Origin: a virus
Virus record (IMG/VR): IMGVR_UViG_3300045996_002876
Span: 42,315 to 106,314 of that record
Direction: 5' to 3' (one strand)
DNA length: 64,000 bases
Shown: in pieces, positions 51,453 to 60,332 of the stretch
Layout: the number at the start of each line of letters is the position of its first letter
Numbering within the stretch: position 1 is the stretch's first letter
Notes under the pieces: model-generated
Databases searched by the model: none
What the model saw: the letters and a program-made list of their open reading frames with translations, nothing else
What the model was told of the DNA's origin: nothing
Made by a program: the position numbers and the translations under genes

Positions 51453-51975
51453 GGGGTGTCCCCTTTCGGAACCCGCGGGTGAGGCGGGAGATCGTGGGCT
51501 GGGTCGTGTTCCACTTGGCGGCCGCTTCCCGCTGGGTCATGCCTGACTCGAGGTCGGCCAGGATCTTCGGGATGTCGGCGTCCGGGATACGGGCCCTGGG
51601 ATGGCGTTCCCCGACGGCGGCGGTCCCGTGCCGGTCCTGGTCGGCCCGGTTCTCGGCCTTGGTCCCCCACCGGAGGTTGTCGGCCCGGTTGTTGGCCGGG
51701 TTCCCGTCCCCGTGCAGGACCTCGTACCCGGGGCCGGGCTTCGGGCCGTGGAAGGCGGTACAGACCAGGACGTGGGCCGCCTGGGTCCGGCCGTCGCAGG
51801 ACACCTGGAGGTAGCCCTCGCGGGTGACCTTGGTCTTGAGGGGCGTCCACCCCTCGTCGTCCGTCTCGTCGGTCGACAGGAAGCTGGTCCAGCACGTCCC
51901 GTCGAAGGCGAACCGGTACCCGGGCAGGTCGGGGATCTCGGCGAAGAAGCGGATGTCCGGGTCGACTATGAACAG
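51400..51975 (-). CDS. NUMOD4-like + HNH + HTH homing endonuclease, probable CTG start
   Basis: IP..PGY...DG, GYLQV, HVLV..AFHG and VLHGDGNPANNRADNLRWGT..EN. Confidence 0.85.
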   Translation of the reverse strand: MFIVDPDIRFFAEIPDLPGYRFAFDGTCWTSFLSTDETDDEGWTPLKTKVTREGYLQVSCDGRTQAAHVLVCTAFHGPKPGPGYEVLHGDGNPANNRADNLRWGTKAENRADQDRHGTAAVGERHPRARIPDADIPKILADLESGMTQREAAAKWNTTQPTISRLTRGFRKGTPHGQLDPNPPPPDPGGHD

Positions 51976-52032
51976 GGGGCACCCCTTTCGGTGTCGGGCG
52001 TGGGCGTCAGGCGGTGGCGGCGGGCGACGGTA

Positions 52033-52707
52033 TCAGGCCAGCGGGTCGGGCCCCGTGTGCTCGGCCTTGGTCGGCTTGAGGTTCCACACTCTCGCCCAGA
52101 TCAGGGCCCGCTCGGCCCGCGGGAAGTCCTTTATCAGGCGGGACACGGCCATTCGTACGCCCACCTTTCGACGAAACTGGTCTCCGACGGCGCACGCCGC
52201 GTAGGCCCGGCCCACGAAGTCCCAGTCGGCGGGGCCGTGTTTGTGCAGGACGGCCGAGGTGGCGGCCTGTACTCTCCGGTCGTACATGACGGTCCGTCCG
52301 TCTTTCGTTTGGATGTTGCGTTTCGGCTCGTGCGGGTGGACGTGTTCGATCATGAGCCGGTACTTGCCGGACGGGAGGTCGAGGATCATGGGAGCCCCCA
52401 GAGGTTTCGGTCGGGCGGATGAGTGTGGGCGTCGATCTCCCGTTGGGCAAGGCGGTGGTGGTCGTTCATGAGTTCCCGGAGGAGGTCGGCCCAGTGCTCC
52501 TCCTGCTCCCTCGACTCGCGGGCGGCGACGTACCCGGACGTCCGCCCGTACTCGAGCCAGGTCAGGAGGTCGTTGAGGTCACGCATGACGGTACCCCGCC
52601 AGGAGGCCGAGGGTCAGGAGGGCGAGGAGGGCCCGGAGGCGGGAGCGGTGGCGGGCCCGGGCGGCGGCCAGGCGTTCCTCCAGGTAGTAGTCGGGGAGCG
52701 TGTTCAC
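52033..52707 (-). CDS. Three hypothetical genes (52033-52389, 52386-52586, 52579-52707)
   Basis: Coupled ORFs; the first has the A.C...DQF.RKVG...A..R phage pattern. Confidence 0.6.
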
Positions 52708-53261
52708 GAGACGGCCTCCTCGAGGGCGAGACGGTGTTCGATCTTTTCCCGGTCCTCCGGGCGGAACAGGTTGAAGACGGGGATCCCCTCGTGGGCGGCG
52801 AGCTGGACGGCACAGGCGGTCCCGCCCTGGGGCTTCCCGTCCATCTCCGGGCACCAGCAGACGACGAACTTGGACGGCGGGTCGCCGGGCATGCCGAGGA
52901 CTTGGGCCACGTTCCGCCCCATGAGGGGGACGATGTTGGGGGCCTCGGTCTTGGGCCGGATCTTCAGGGCCACCAGGACCTTGTGGTTGGCCGCCCACCG
53001 GGCCCTGTCGCACACGTCCTCCCCGAGGACCGGCATGCCCGGGTCGTCCCCGTATTTGTCCTGGCCGAACCGGGGCCACGGGAGGTAGACCACGGCTTTC
53101 CGGTTGGCCCCGACCTCGAAGGCCCGGTCGGCCCCCTGGGCATGGCCCGAGCGGAGGGTCCACCCCTGGGCCCGGAGGTAGGCCGCGACCCGGGTCATGA
53201 GGGCCAGGACGTCCGGCGGGGTCTGACGACTCCCGATCCCCGCGTAAAACTTCTCACTCAT
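52704..53261 (-). CDS. SLOG-superfamily (DprA/Smf-like) protein
   Basis: YAGIGSR.TP, LRSGHA.GAD.AFE, RN..QVLG and GGT..A......IPVFNL. Confidence 0.85.
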   Translation of the reverse strand: MSEKFYAGIGSRQTPPDVLALMTRVAAYLRAQGWTLRSGHAQGADRAFEVGANRKAVVYLPWPRFGQDKYGDDPGMPVLGEDVCDRARWAANHKVLVALKIRPKTEAPNIVPLMGRNVAQVLGMPGDPPSKFVVCWCPEMDGKPQGGTACAVQLAAHEGIPVFNLFRPEDREKIEHRLALEEAVS

Positions 53262-53300
53262 GTCACGTACCCCCTTTCCTACGTACCGAGGGGTTACTTC

Positions 53301-53687
53301 TCAGCAGGAGCACCGGAAGTACTTGTTCACCACGTCCCGGAGCCTGACCCGCTTCCCGGTCGCCGTCTGCCAGTTCTCGAAGACGTCGGCCCGGAAGTGC
53401 TCGTCGTCCTCGAGGTCGTCCATCAGGGAGCTCGACCCGTGGCACAGGTTGTCTTCGACGATCAGCCGGACGGATTCCTTCCAGTCGGCCGCGTACAGGC
53501 CGTACTTCTCGTGGACGTTGACCCGGAGCCAGTCCTCGGCGTCCCGGACGGCTTTCGTCCACCGCCGGTGGTAGGCGGCCTCCTCGGGGCGGCCTTGCTC
53601 ATCCAGCCAGTCGGCGAACACCTTGTGCGGGGCCTCGTCGTCCGGGGCCGCGGCCAGGGCCGCGAGGAAGGCCTGTTCGTCGGTCAT
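53301..53687 (-). CDS. TIGR02996-domain protein
   Basis: MTDEQAFLAALAAAPDDEAPHKVFADWLDEQG. Confidence 0.88.
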   Translation of the reverse strand: MTDEQAFLAALAAAPDDEAPHKVFADWLDEQGRPEEAAYHRRWTKAVRDAEDWLRVNVHEKYGLYAADWKESVRLIVEDNLCHGSSSLMDDLEDDEHFRADVFENWQTATGKRVRLRDVVNKYFRCSC

Positions 53688-53688
53688 G

Positions 53689-54363
53689 TCAGCACGCGCA
53701 CCGGAAGAAGGATGGGCGGTGTTTGCGGTCGGGTTCGGTCCGGCGGTACGGGGCGGTCCAGTCCGCTCCGGGCCTTTCCCACCCCCGCGGGACGAGCCCG
53801 GTCACGACCTCGAAGTGGGCCCAGAATTCGGACGGGACGTCGTAGTCCCGGTCCCCCGTGTGAATGCTTTGTGTCCGCCCGTCCCCTTCACAGTGGGAGC
53901 GGGCGACGGCCATCAGGGTGGCGTAGTCGACCGACTCCCACGAGGGCCCGGACGCCCAGGAGTAGCTGTTGGCGAAGTCCTCGAGCCACTGTTTCGACTC
54001 CCGCCAGCGGCGGTATCGGTCGGCCTCGTCTTCCCGCCCGCGCTCGTCCAGCCAGTCGGCGAAGACGAGCCGGGGGGCGTCGTCCTCGGGGGCCTGCTGG
54101 ACGGCGAGGAGGAAGGCTTCTTCGTCGCTACTCATGGCCGGCGGCCTCCAGGTGGGCGTCGTCGATCCCGGGGAGGGCGAGCCCGAGGCGTCGGCCCGGT
54201 AGTTTTCGTCCGCCACGGGCGGCCAGGTGAGGCGGGTTCGGACGAGGGCCTCCTCCCCGGAGTCCCCGAGGTCGTGCAGGAGGTCGGCGTAGGCCCCCCA
54301 GGGGGCGTCGTCCTCCTTGCGGGCCAGGCAGGCGGCCAGGAGCATCGAGCGGGTGTCATTCAT
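53689..54363 (-). CDS. Protein with two TIGR02996 domains (possible internal start at 54135)
   Basis: EDDAPWGAYADLL.D.G and EEAFLLAV..APEDDAPRLVFADWLDERG. Confidence 0.85.
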   Translation of the reverse strand: MNDTRSMLLAACLARKEDDAPWGAYADLLHDLGDSGEEALVRTRLTWPPVADENYRADASGSPSPGSTTPTWRPPAMSSDEEAFLLAVQQAPEDDAPRLVFADWLDERGREDEADRYRRWRESKQWLEDFANSYSWASGPSWESVDYATLMAVARSHCEGDGRTQSIHTGDRDYDVPSEFWAHFEVVTGLVPRGWERPGADWTAPYRRTEPDRKHRPSFFRCAC

Positions 54364-54939
54364 GGCCGAGGTCCTGTCGGTTGGGGGCGGTCACCTGGAA
54401 GGCCGGGTGGGTGTACACGTGGCGGAGCGAGGTCACCGTGCCCGGCCGGAGGCAGGCGTAGAACTTCGCCCCCGGCGGGAGCGGGTCGGCCAGGAACGGG
54501 TCGACGAAGGCGTCGGCCGCCCGGCGGGAGCAGACGCCCACCTTGTAGGCGTCCCCGGCCCGCGGGCCCATGAGCCAGAGGGCGTCGCCGGGGTTGAGGG
54601 GGACCTCGGCGAACGCCGGAAAGACGGCGACGTGGATGGCGTCCCGGAAGGCCGGCCCGTCGATCGGCTTGCCCAGGAGGGGCGGTTCCATGGTCAGACT
54701 CCCTGGGTTGGTGTGGGCGTCGTCGGCCAGCTTTCGTCCCACCACACGCGGGCGGTGGCGAACGCCTCCTCCCAGGTGGCCCCGGTCCCGCAGACCCACA
54801 GGCAGTCCCGGTGGAGGATCCCGACCTGGCAGTGGTACGAGCCGAGCGGGCTGTAGGTGTCGGAGTAGCCGGCCCGGTCGGCGTGCCCCTTCGGGCCCCC
54901 CCGCCTTTTGGCTTCGGCCACGGCTTCGTCCCGGGTCAC
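54356..54939 (-). CDS. Two hypothetical genes (54356-54691, 54694-54939)
   Basis: The first has RDAIHVAV...VDPFL...PGTVTSLRH...HPAF, a recurrent phage pattern. Confidence 0.65.
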
Positions 54940-54941
54940 GA

Positions 54942-55340
54942 TTACCCCCAGGTTTGTTGTTCGCGGGACTTTCGCTGGAGCCACTCGGCGGCGCGGGCGA
55001 CCACCCCCGTGTGGCACTCGGTCACCGTCCGGGCGTCGGCGGCGTCCAGGCACCAGCACCCCAGGACGGCGTCCTTCGGGACCGCCTTCAGGAACCCGAT
55101 CACGCCGCGGTCCCCCGCCTGGATCCGGCCGAAGAGCCACCGGCGGTAGCACTCGACCGACTCGCCCGCGCGGGCGACCCGGCCGTCGGCCGAGTAGTGG
55201 GTCGCCCCGCACGCCGGGCACGGCTTCCTGCGGGCCGAGCACGGGTTGGCCACCGGGGACGCCGGCCACCCGTCGTACGCCCGCCCACAGTAGAGCACGC
55301 CGGCGGGCTTTACGCCGCGGCGGAGTTTGATCACCTTCAT
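54942..55340 (-). CDS. DUF4326-family protein
   Basis: Y.GR......SP.ANP, Y..WL and LGCWC.......CH..V. Confidence 0.8.
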   Translation of the reverse strand: MKVIKLRRGVKPAGVLYCGRAYDGWPASPVANPCSARRKPCPACGATHYSADGRVARAGESVECYRRWLFGRIQAGDRGVIGFLKAVPKDAVLGCWCLDAADARTVTECHTGVVARAAEWLQRKSREQQTWG

Positions 55341-55379
55341 TTCCCACCTCCTTTCGCCGACCGAGAGGTTACTTCCGGG

Positions 55380-55988
55380 CTACGCCCCGGCCGGGACGGG
55401 GGCGGGGAGGACGAGGGGCGTCGGCTTCTTCGGGGGCTTGACCAGGTCGCAGTCCCAGTGGTTCTCGAACCGGTCGGGGGCGTCCGGGACGAGCGGGTAC
55501 ACCAGGCTCCGCTTGACCAGGCCGACGGCCCAGAGCAGGTAGTGGTAGTCGATCCGGGCGTTGAACAGGCGGACCTCGACGCGGTTCTCGGCCACCTGGT
55601 GGACGGCCTCGCGGGAGTAGTTGGTCTCCCCCTTCTTCCAGGCGAAGCTCCGCCGCTGGGGCCAGACCCGGATCTTGGGCAGGCGGACCCGCAGGTACGG
55701 GGCGGCGTCGTCCGACACGTGGACGTGCAGGCCGCACTCCTTGTTCGTGTAGCACCCGGCGGCCGTCAGGACCTCGAGGACCGTGCGGGTCGTCCGCCAG
55801 TCCGGGTTGACCGGGCTGGTGACCTCGGCGTTGTCCCCGCCGAAGGTGTCGTCCCAGGTCAGGCCCCAGTACTCGCCGGGGTTCTTGTGGGTCAGGACGC
55901 ACGGGACCCCGGCGTTGGTCAGCGGGGTGACCAGGGCCTGGTACGGCACGCCGACGGTCTCGAGCTCGAACCCGAATTTCACGCTCAT
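55380..55988 (-). CDS. Second, minimal putative amidoligase
   Basis: FGFELE, AEVTSP, CGLHVHVS and VEVRLFN. Confidence 0.8.
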   Translation of the reverse strand: MSVKFGFELETVGVPYQALVTPLTNAGVPCVLTHKNPGEYWGLTWDDTFGGDNAEVTSPVNPDWRTTRTVLEVLTAAGCYTNKECGLHVHVSDDAAPYLRVRLPKIRVWPQRRSFAWKKGETNYSREAVHQVAENRVEVRLFNARIDYHYLLWAVGLVKRSLVYPLVPDAPDRFENHWDCDLVKPPKKPTPLVLPAPVPAGA

Positions 55989-56140
55989 GGCTCCCCTCCG
56001 GGGGTTCTGGAAAGTTCAGGACAGACTCTGGACTGTCCAGAATACTTTCCGGGGGCCGGCGGGGCAACCGGAATCCCCGGAAACACCGAGAGCCGCCCTT
56101 GTGGGGCGGCTCTCGGTTCGGGCGAGGTCGGCGTGGATCG

Positions 56141-56293
56141 TCACCCAGGGTGGATGAAGAGGGCGTACAGTTCGGCGACCACGGCCCTTCGGCGGGCCTC
56201 CAGGCGGAACTCCTCGTCCAGGGACAGGGGGTGGGCGAGCATGAACTCCAGGGCGTCGAGCTCGTCTCGGATGTCGGTTATCGTGCGGGGCAT
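56141..56293 (-). CDS. Small hypothetical protein
   Basis: SD GGAGG; overlaps the end of the GGCT gene. Confidence 0.5.
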   Translation of the reverse strand: MPRTITDIRDELDALEFMLAHPLSLDEEFRLEARRRAVVAELYALFIHPG

Positions 56294-56649
56294 GGGGGCC
56301 TCCTCGGGGGGTGCCAGGTGTCGTGCGGGTAGGGGTCGCTGGCGGCGGCCAGGGTCGGGCCCATCAGGTAGGCCTGGGCGGTGCCCCCGTCGGCCAGGGG
56401 GACGGGGGTCCGGCGGTAGGTCCGGGGGTGGCCCTCGACGGCGTCCAGGCGGCGGAGGCAGGCGTCGTCGACGGCCCACACCTCGCCCTGGATTGACCGG
56501 CGGCCGGCGATCAGGCCTGGGATGGTCCGGAAGGACACGAGTTCGAACCCCGGGGCGGTCCGGGCCTCGCGGACGAAGGCCTGGCCCCACAGGAGGCCGT
56601 GGTTGGCGAACCCCCGCTTGAGGGAGCCGTAGACGAACAGGTGGGTCAC
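56278..56649 (-). CDS. Gamma-glutamylcyclotransferase (GGCT/AIG2-like)
   Basis: LFVYGSLKRGF.NH, GEVW.V and LD.VEG.P..Y.R. Confidence 0.92.
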   Translation of the reverse strand: MTHLFVYGSLKRGFANHGLLWGQAFVREARTAPGFELVSFRTIPGLIAGRRSIQGEVWAVDDACLRRLDAVEGHPRTYRRTPVPLADGGTAQAYLMGPTLAAASDPYPHDTWHPPRRPPCPAR

Positions 56650-56662
56650 GGGGGCCTCGGGG

Positions 56663-58613
56663 TTAGTAGATCCCGTCCTCGACGTTCAGGCGGTCGACCA
56701 GGGCGTCCAGGCACTCGGGGTCGGCACAGATCGGGCGGCCCTCGAAGACCTGGGCGGACGGCTCCCCGCACACCTCGCACTCCGGCGGGTAGTAGTCCTC
56801 GGGCTCGTTGACGGCGATGTACAGGATCATCGGGGCCTCCCGGGCTGTGTCGGCATATACGAAATCGTTTTCGTAGGAGCAGGGGGCGGGCGGCGGCGTG
56901 GGGCCGCGGTATCAGGCGGTGAAGTTCTCGAGCAGGTCGTAGATGGCCTTCCCGTAGGCGTATCCGGGTTCGCTCTCTCCGGCGTCGACCAGGCGGTCGG
57001 CGATCTTGTACAGGGCGAGGGTGAACGCCTGGATGTCCTTGAGGCCCGCGGCGATCGAGTCGATAGCGGCGTGAAAGTGCTCTATCGAGTGTTTGATGTA
57101 GACGTCCGTCTCGGACTGGTACTTGTCCTTCCGCTCCTCCTCGGACATCGGTATGGGCTCGGGGTACGAGTGGAGGCAGGACAGGCCGGAGACGATTTCG
57201 GAGATGGCCCCGTAGATCTTCTTCTCTCTGTGGCGGAAGGGCTCACTCATGAGGTCCTCGGGTCGGTATCTACGAAAAGAAGTTCGTATAAGCAGGGTAG
57301 CCCCTGGCGTCGCTGTAGGCGACGCCAGGGGCGTCCCGGTGTCAGTCGTCAGTTACCCCGCATGCTCTCCCAGAAGATCGTCCGGAGGTCCTCGGCCCGG
57401 TGGAATCGGTCGTACAGCTTGTCCAGGGTTTGGGGGCTGACCTCGTACCGGATCGCCCACTCGCGGAGGTTCTTCAGGAGGCCGGCGTTGTTCTTGTCAA
57501 TTCGGGACCAGCAGGTCTCGGCGGTCAGGTCCTCGTACAGCCAGGATCTGAGCAGGCATGCCAGATCCGCGACGGCTTCCGGGTTCATCTGCTTCTCCCT
57601 GCCCCGCCTCCGGCGTTTGTAGAACGCCGGAGGCGGGTCCTGGTGGGTCCGGGCGAAAAGGTTATCCGGCGGTCCCGGCGGGGCGGTCACTTTACGGCGA
57701 AGATCCGGTGGACGGCGTCCTGGAGCCAGGTCAGGTCGGGGTTCCGTTCGATCAGGTAGTCGAGGAGCGGGGTCGGGTCGCGGAGGGCCCGGGCGGCCGC
57801 CCGGGCCTCCGGCGGGACCCGGAAGTACCGGTCTTCCAGGGGGACGTTGCGCTCCCAGGGGATCTGCCCGCTCACGTACACGAGGTTGGGGGCGTCGACC
57901 AGGCAGAGGCAGAGCAGTCCCCCCTGCGGTCCGTTGGCGGGGAAGTGGAACTCGAAGGCGTAGTCGAGCTCCGGTCCGATCGTGTAGGTCACCCGCCCCT
58001 CCTCTCTGCTCGTCGGCGTAAGTGGTTACCTTACCGGGAGTTACTGAGGGCCTCTTGACTTTCCCCGACGGACTCCGTGGGAACGGGTTGGGAAAACACT
58101 CGTCTCACCGCCTCGTGGAGCCAGGCGAGGTCGGGGTTGGCCTCGAGGAGGTAGTCGAGGACCCCGTTGAGGGGGCAGTCCTTCTTTTCGAGGGCGGTCA
58201 GGAGCCAGTCGGGGGCGGGGAGCCATTCCCGCTGGTAGTAGCCGTTGATCTCCGTCGTGACGAAGGCGGTGTGCTTCGTCCGCTCGTTCCCGCCGAAGCC
58301 GCCGGTGACAGACAGGACGCAGTATGAGTCTTCGGGGCCGTCGTCGTACCAGTAGTGACTCGGCCCGGCCTGATGGTACCGCATGTCCCCTCCGTACGTG
58401 CCGCGGGCCGCTCTTGAGGAGCGGCCCGCGTGGTGACTGGTGTGTGCCCGGCCGCCCGTGTCAGGACCAGGAGGACCCCTTCCGGTTCGGCATGTACCCG
58501 CCGACGTGGTCGCACAGGGCCCCACACCGGGGGCACTTGACCGACCCGGCCTTGAACATCTCGTGCCGCGGGGAGGCGAAGGTGTGCCCGCAGGTCAGGT
58601 CCCGACACTTCAT
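56663..58613 (-). CDS. Hypothetical genes: 56663-56830, 56912-57250, 57349-57588, 57687-57992, 58031-58384, 58461-58613 (Zn finger)
   Basis: ORFs with SD sequences, separated by hairpins. Confidence 0.6.
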
Positions 58614-58657
58614 CTTCGCCCCCTTGGAGGGCTTCTTGTTCGTCTGCTTTCGGCGCT

Positions 58658-59110
58658 TCACTCGTCGGACCTCCGGTGGCGGACCGTGTACATGAACTCG
58701 ACCTCCCCCACGGGGAACAGTTCCTTGGCGGCGTGCAGGGACAGCCCCTGGTCGAGCCGGCGGAAGAGGTCCTTCCTCTGCTCGGCCGTCAGCCGGCGTA
58801 GCCGCCGGCTGACGGCCCCGGTGGGGTCCAGGGCCACCAGGTTGTCGGGCCGGACGTTCTTCGGGTCCCCGTCGAGGAACCCGATCGTCTCGTCGTGCCC
58901 GAGGCCCCCGTGGAAGGTCCACCAGACGACCTCCTCGACCTTCACCCAGTACTGCTGGCCCCCTTGGGAGAGGCCGACCCGGCCACCGGGCCGCGTCTTG
59001 AGGACGCGGCCGGTGGCCCGGGAGGTGACGGTCCCGTCGGGGGAGCACCGGTAGTTTTCGAACCCGGGGACGAGCGGGGGCTTCGGGCCCCCCGGGGAGT
59101 CAGCAGTCAC
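58658..59110 (-). CDS. NUMOD4-HNH-derived protein with degenerate active site
   Basis: VPGFENY..S.DG.V.S...GR.LK and FLDGD.KN...DNL; the expected catalytic His is Phe. Confidence 0.7.
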   Translation of the reverse strand: MTADSPGGPKPPLVPGFENYRCSPDGTVTSRATGRVLKTRPGGRVGLSQGGQQYWVKVEEVVWWTFHGGLGHDETIGFLDGDPKNVRPDNLVALDPTGAVSRRLRRLTAEQRKDLFRRLDQGLSLHAAKELFPVGEVEFMYTVRHRRSDE

Positions 59111-59143
59111 TACGTAAGTACCAGATTGTCAAGCGTACCAATA

Positions 59144-59172
59144 CTAATAGCACACGGACGGCCTCCTGTCAA
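59144..59172 (-). promoter_or_regulatory. Sigma70-type promoter
   Basis: TTGACA-17 bp (with TG)-TATTAG in an AT-rich island. Confidence 0.65.
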
Positions 59173-59207
59173 GGGAAGTCCTGAACTTTTCCAGAACTTT
59201 CCTGAAC

Positions 59208-59417
59208 TCACGGTTGGGCGACCGTCGGATCGTCCCCGGGGTGGTCGAGGATCTGCTCGGCCAGGGCGAGCAGGCGGACGGCGGCCCGGCGGACGTCCTC
59301 GGGCTGGCAGAGGCCGGGGTCGGCCCGGCGGAGGCGGGCCTTGAGGAGGGTGGTCAGGGCGGTGGACACCCGCTGGGCCTCCCGGAGCAGGTCGTTGACG
59401 GGCGGGGTGGGGCCCAT
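59208..59417 (-). CDS. Hypothetical protein
   Basis: Helical 69-aa ORF. Confidence 0.5.
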   Translation of the reverse strand: MGPTPPVNDLLREAQRVSTALTTLLKARLRRADPGLCQPEDVRRAAVRLLALAEQILDHPGDDPTVAQP

Positions 59418-59504
59418 GCCCTCATCTCCTTCGTGCCGCGTGTATTAAAGACTCCCGACGCCCCGCCCGACGCCCAAAGCGTCGGGCGGGGCCTGCGGGC
59501 CATT

Positions 59505-60281
59505 CTAGAAGGCGATCTCGGGCTTCCGCTCCTCGGCCTGCTGGACGACGGCGGCCAGGAGTTCGACCGGGACCGGCTGGGCCTCCCCGTCCTTGTGGAC
59601 CAGGCGGGGGATGAGGAGGCGGTCGCCGACCCGGACTTCGGGCGGCCTGACCACCTGGACCCCGGCGGCGGTCACCCGGTGGACCTCGCCGGCGGCGGCG
59701 AACTGCTTGGGGGCCACCCGCTCCTGGCCGTCGACCACGGCCTTGACCATGAACGTCCACCGGTGGTTGGTCTGGCGGAGGTCGCGGCGGCGGTTCTTCT
59801 CCAGGTCGACGTGGTCCAGGTACCCCTTGGCCGGGCTCTGGCGGTCGTGGGCGCACCGGAAGCACTTGCCCCCGTCGCGGCTGTACGGGACCTTGCCCGT
59901 CCCGTGGCACTTGTCGCACGGGATCTGGACGTCGGCCGGGAGGGCCGGGGCACCCCCCTGGGCTTCCTGGGGGGCGGGCGGCGGGTCGGACACCGCGGCG
60001 GTATCGGGGGCGGTCGGCTCGGGGGCCGGGGTCGGGTCGGCCAGGCGGTCGACCGCCGCGTTGATCGCGTCGTAGACCAGGGGGTCGTTCCGGAGGCGGT
60101 GCTCGAACTCCTCGTGGGCGAGCTCTTCCGCGGTCGGCTCGGGCGGGGCGTCCAGGAAGGCCTGGGCCTCCTCGGGGGACTCGAAGTCGGTGACGTGCTT
60201 GCCGCGGGCCTCGAGGGCCAGGGCGAGGACCTTGAGGTCGGCGCCCGAGAGCTTCTTGCGGCGGCGGGTGGCCGTGGCCAT
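59505..60281 (-). CDS. Hypothetical protein with DnaJ-like CxxCxGxG zinc finger
   Basis: CDKCHGTG...CFRC; SD AGGAG. Confidence 0.7.
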   Translation of the reverse strand: MATATRRRKKLSGADLKVLALALEARGKHVTDFESPEEAQAFLDAPPEPTAEELAHEEFEHRLRNDPLVYDAINAAVDRLADPTPAPEPTAPDTAAVSDPPPAPQEAQGGAPALPADVQIPCDKCHGTGKVPYSRDGGKCFRCAHDRQSPAKGYLDHVDLEKNRRRDLRQTNHRWTFMVKAVVDGQERVAPKQFAAAGEVHRVTAAGVQVVRPPEVRVGDRLLIPRLVHKDGEAQPVPVELLAAVVQQAEERKPEIAF

Positions 60282-60332
60282 GTCTTTCTCCTGTTCGTGT
60301 GAGGGGGCGAATGAGGGGCGGTTACTTTCGGG

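Noticed and set aside
56856-57290. loxP-like site (TTCGTATA/TATACGAA half-sites)
   Set aside because: The arms face the opposite way to loxP and are shorter, and no tyrosine recombinase was recognised in the window; kept only as an operator candidate.
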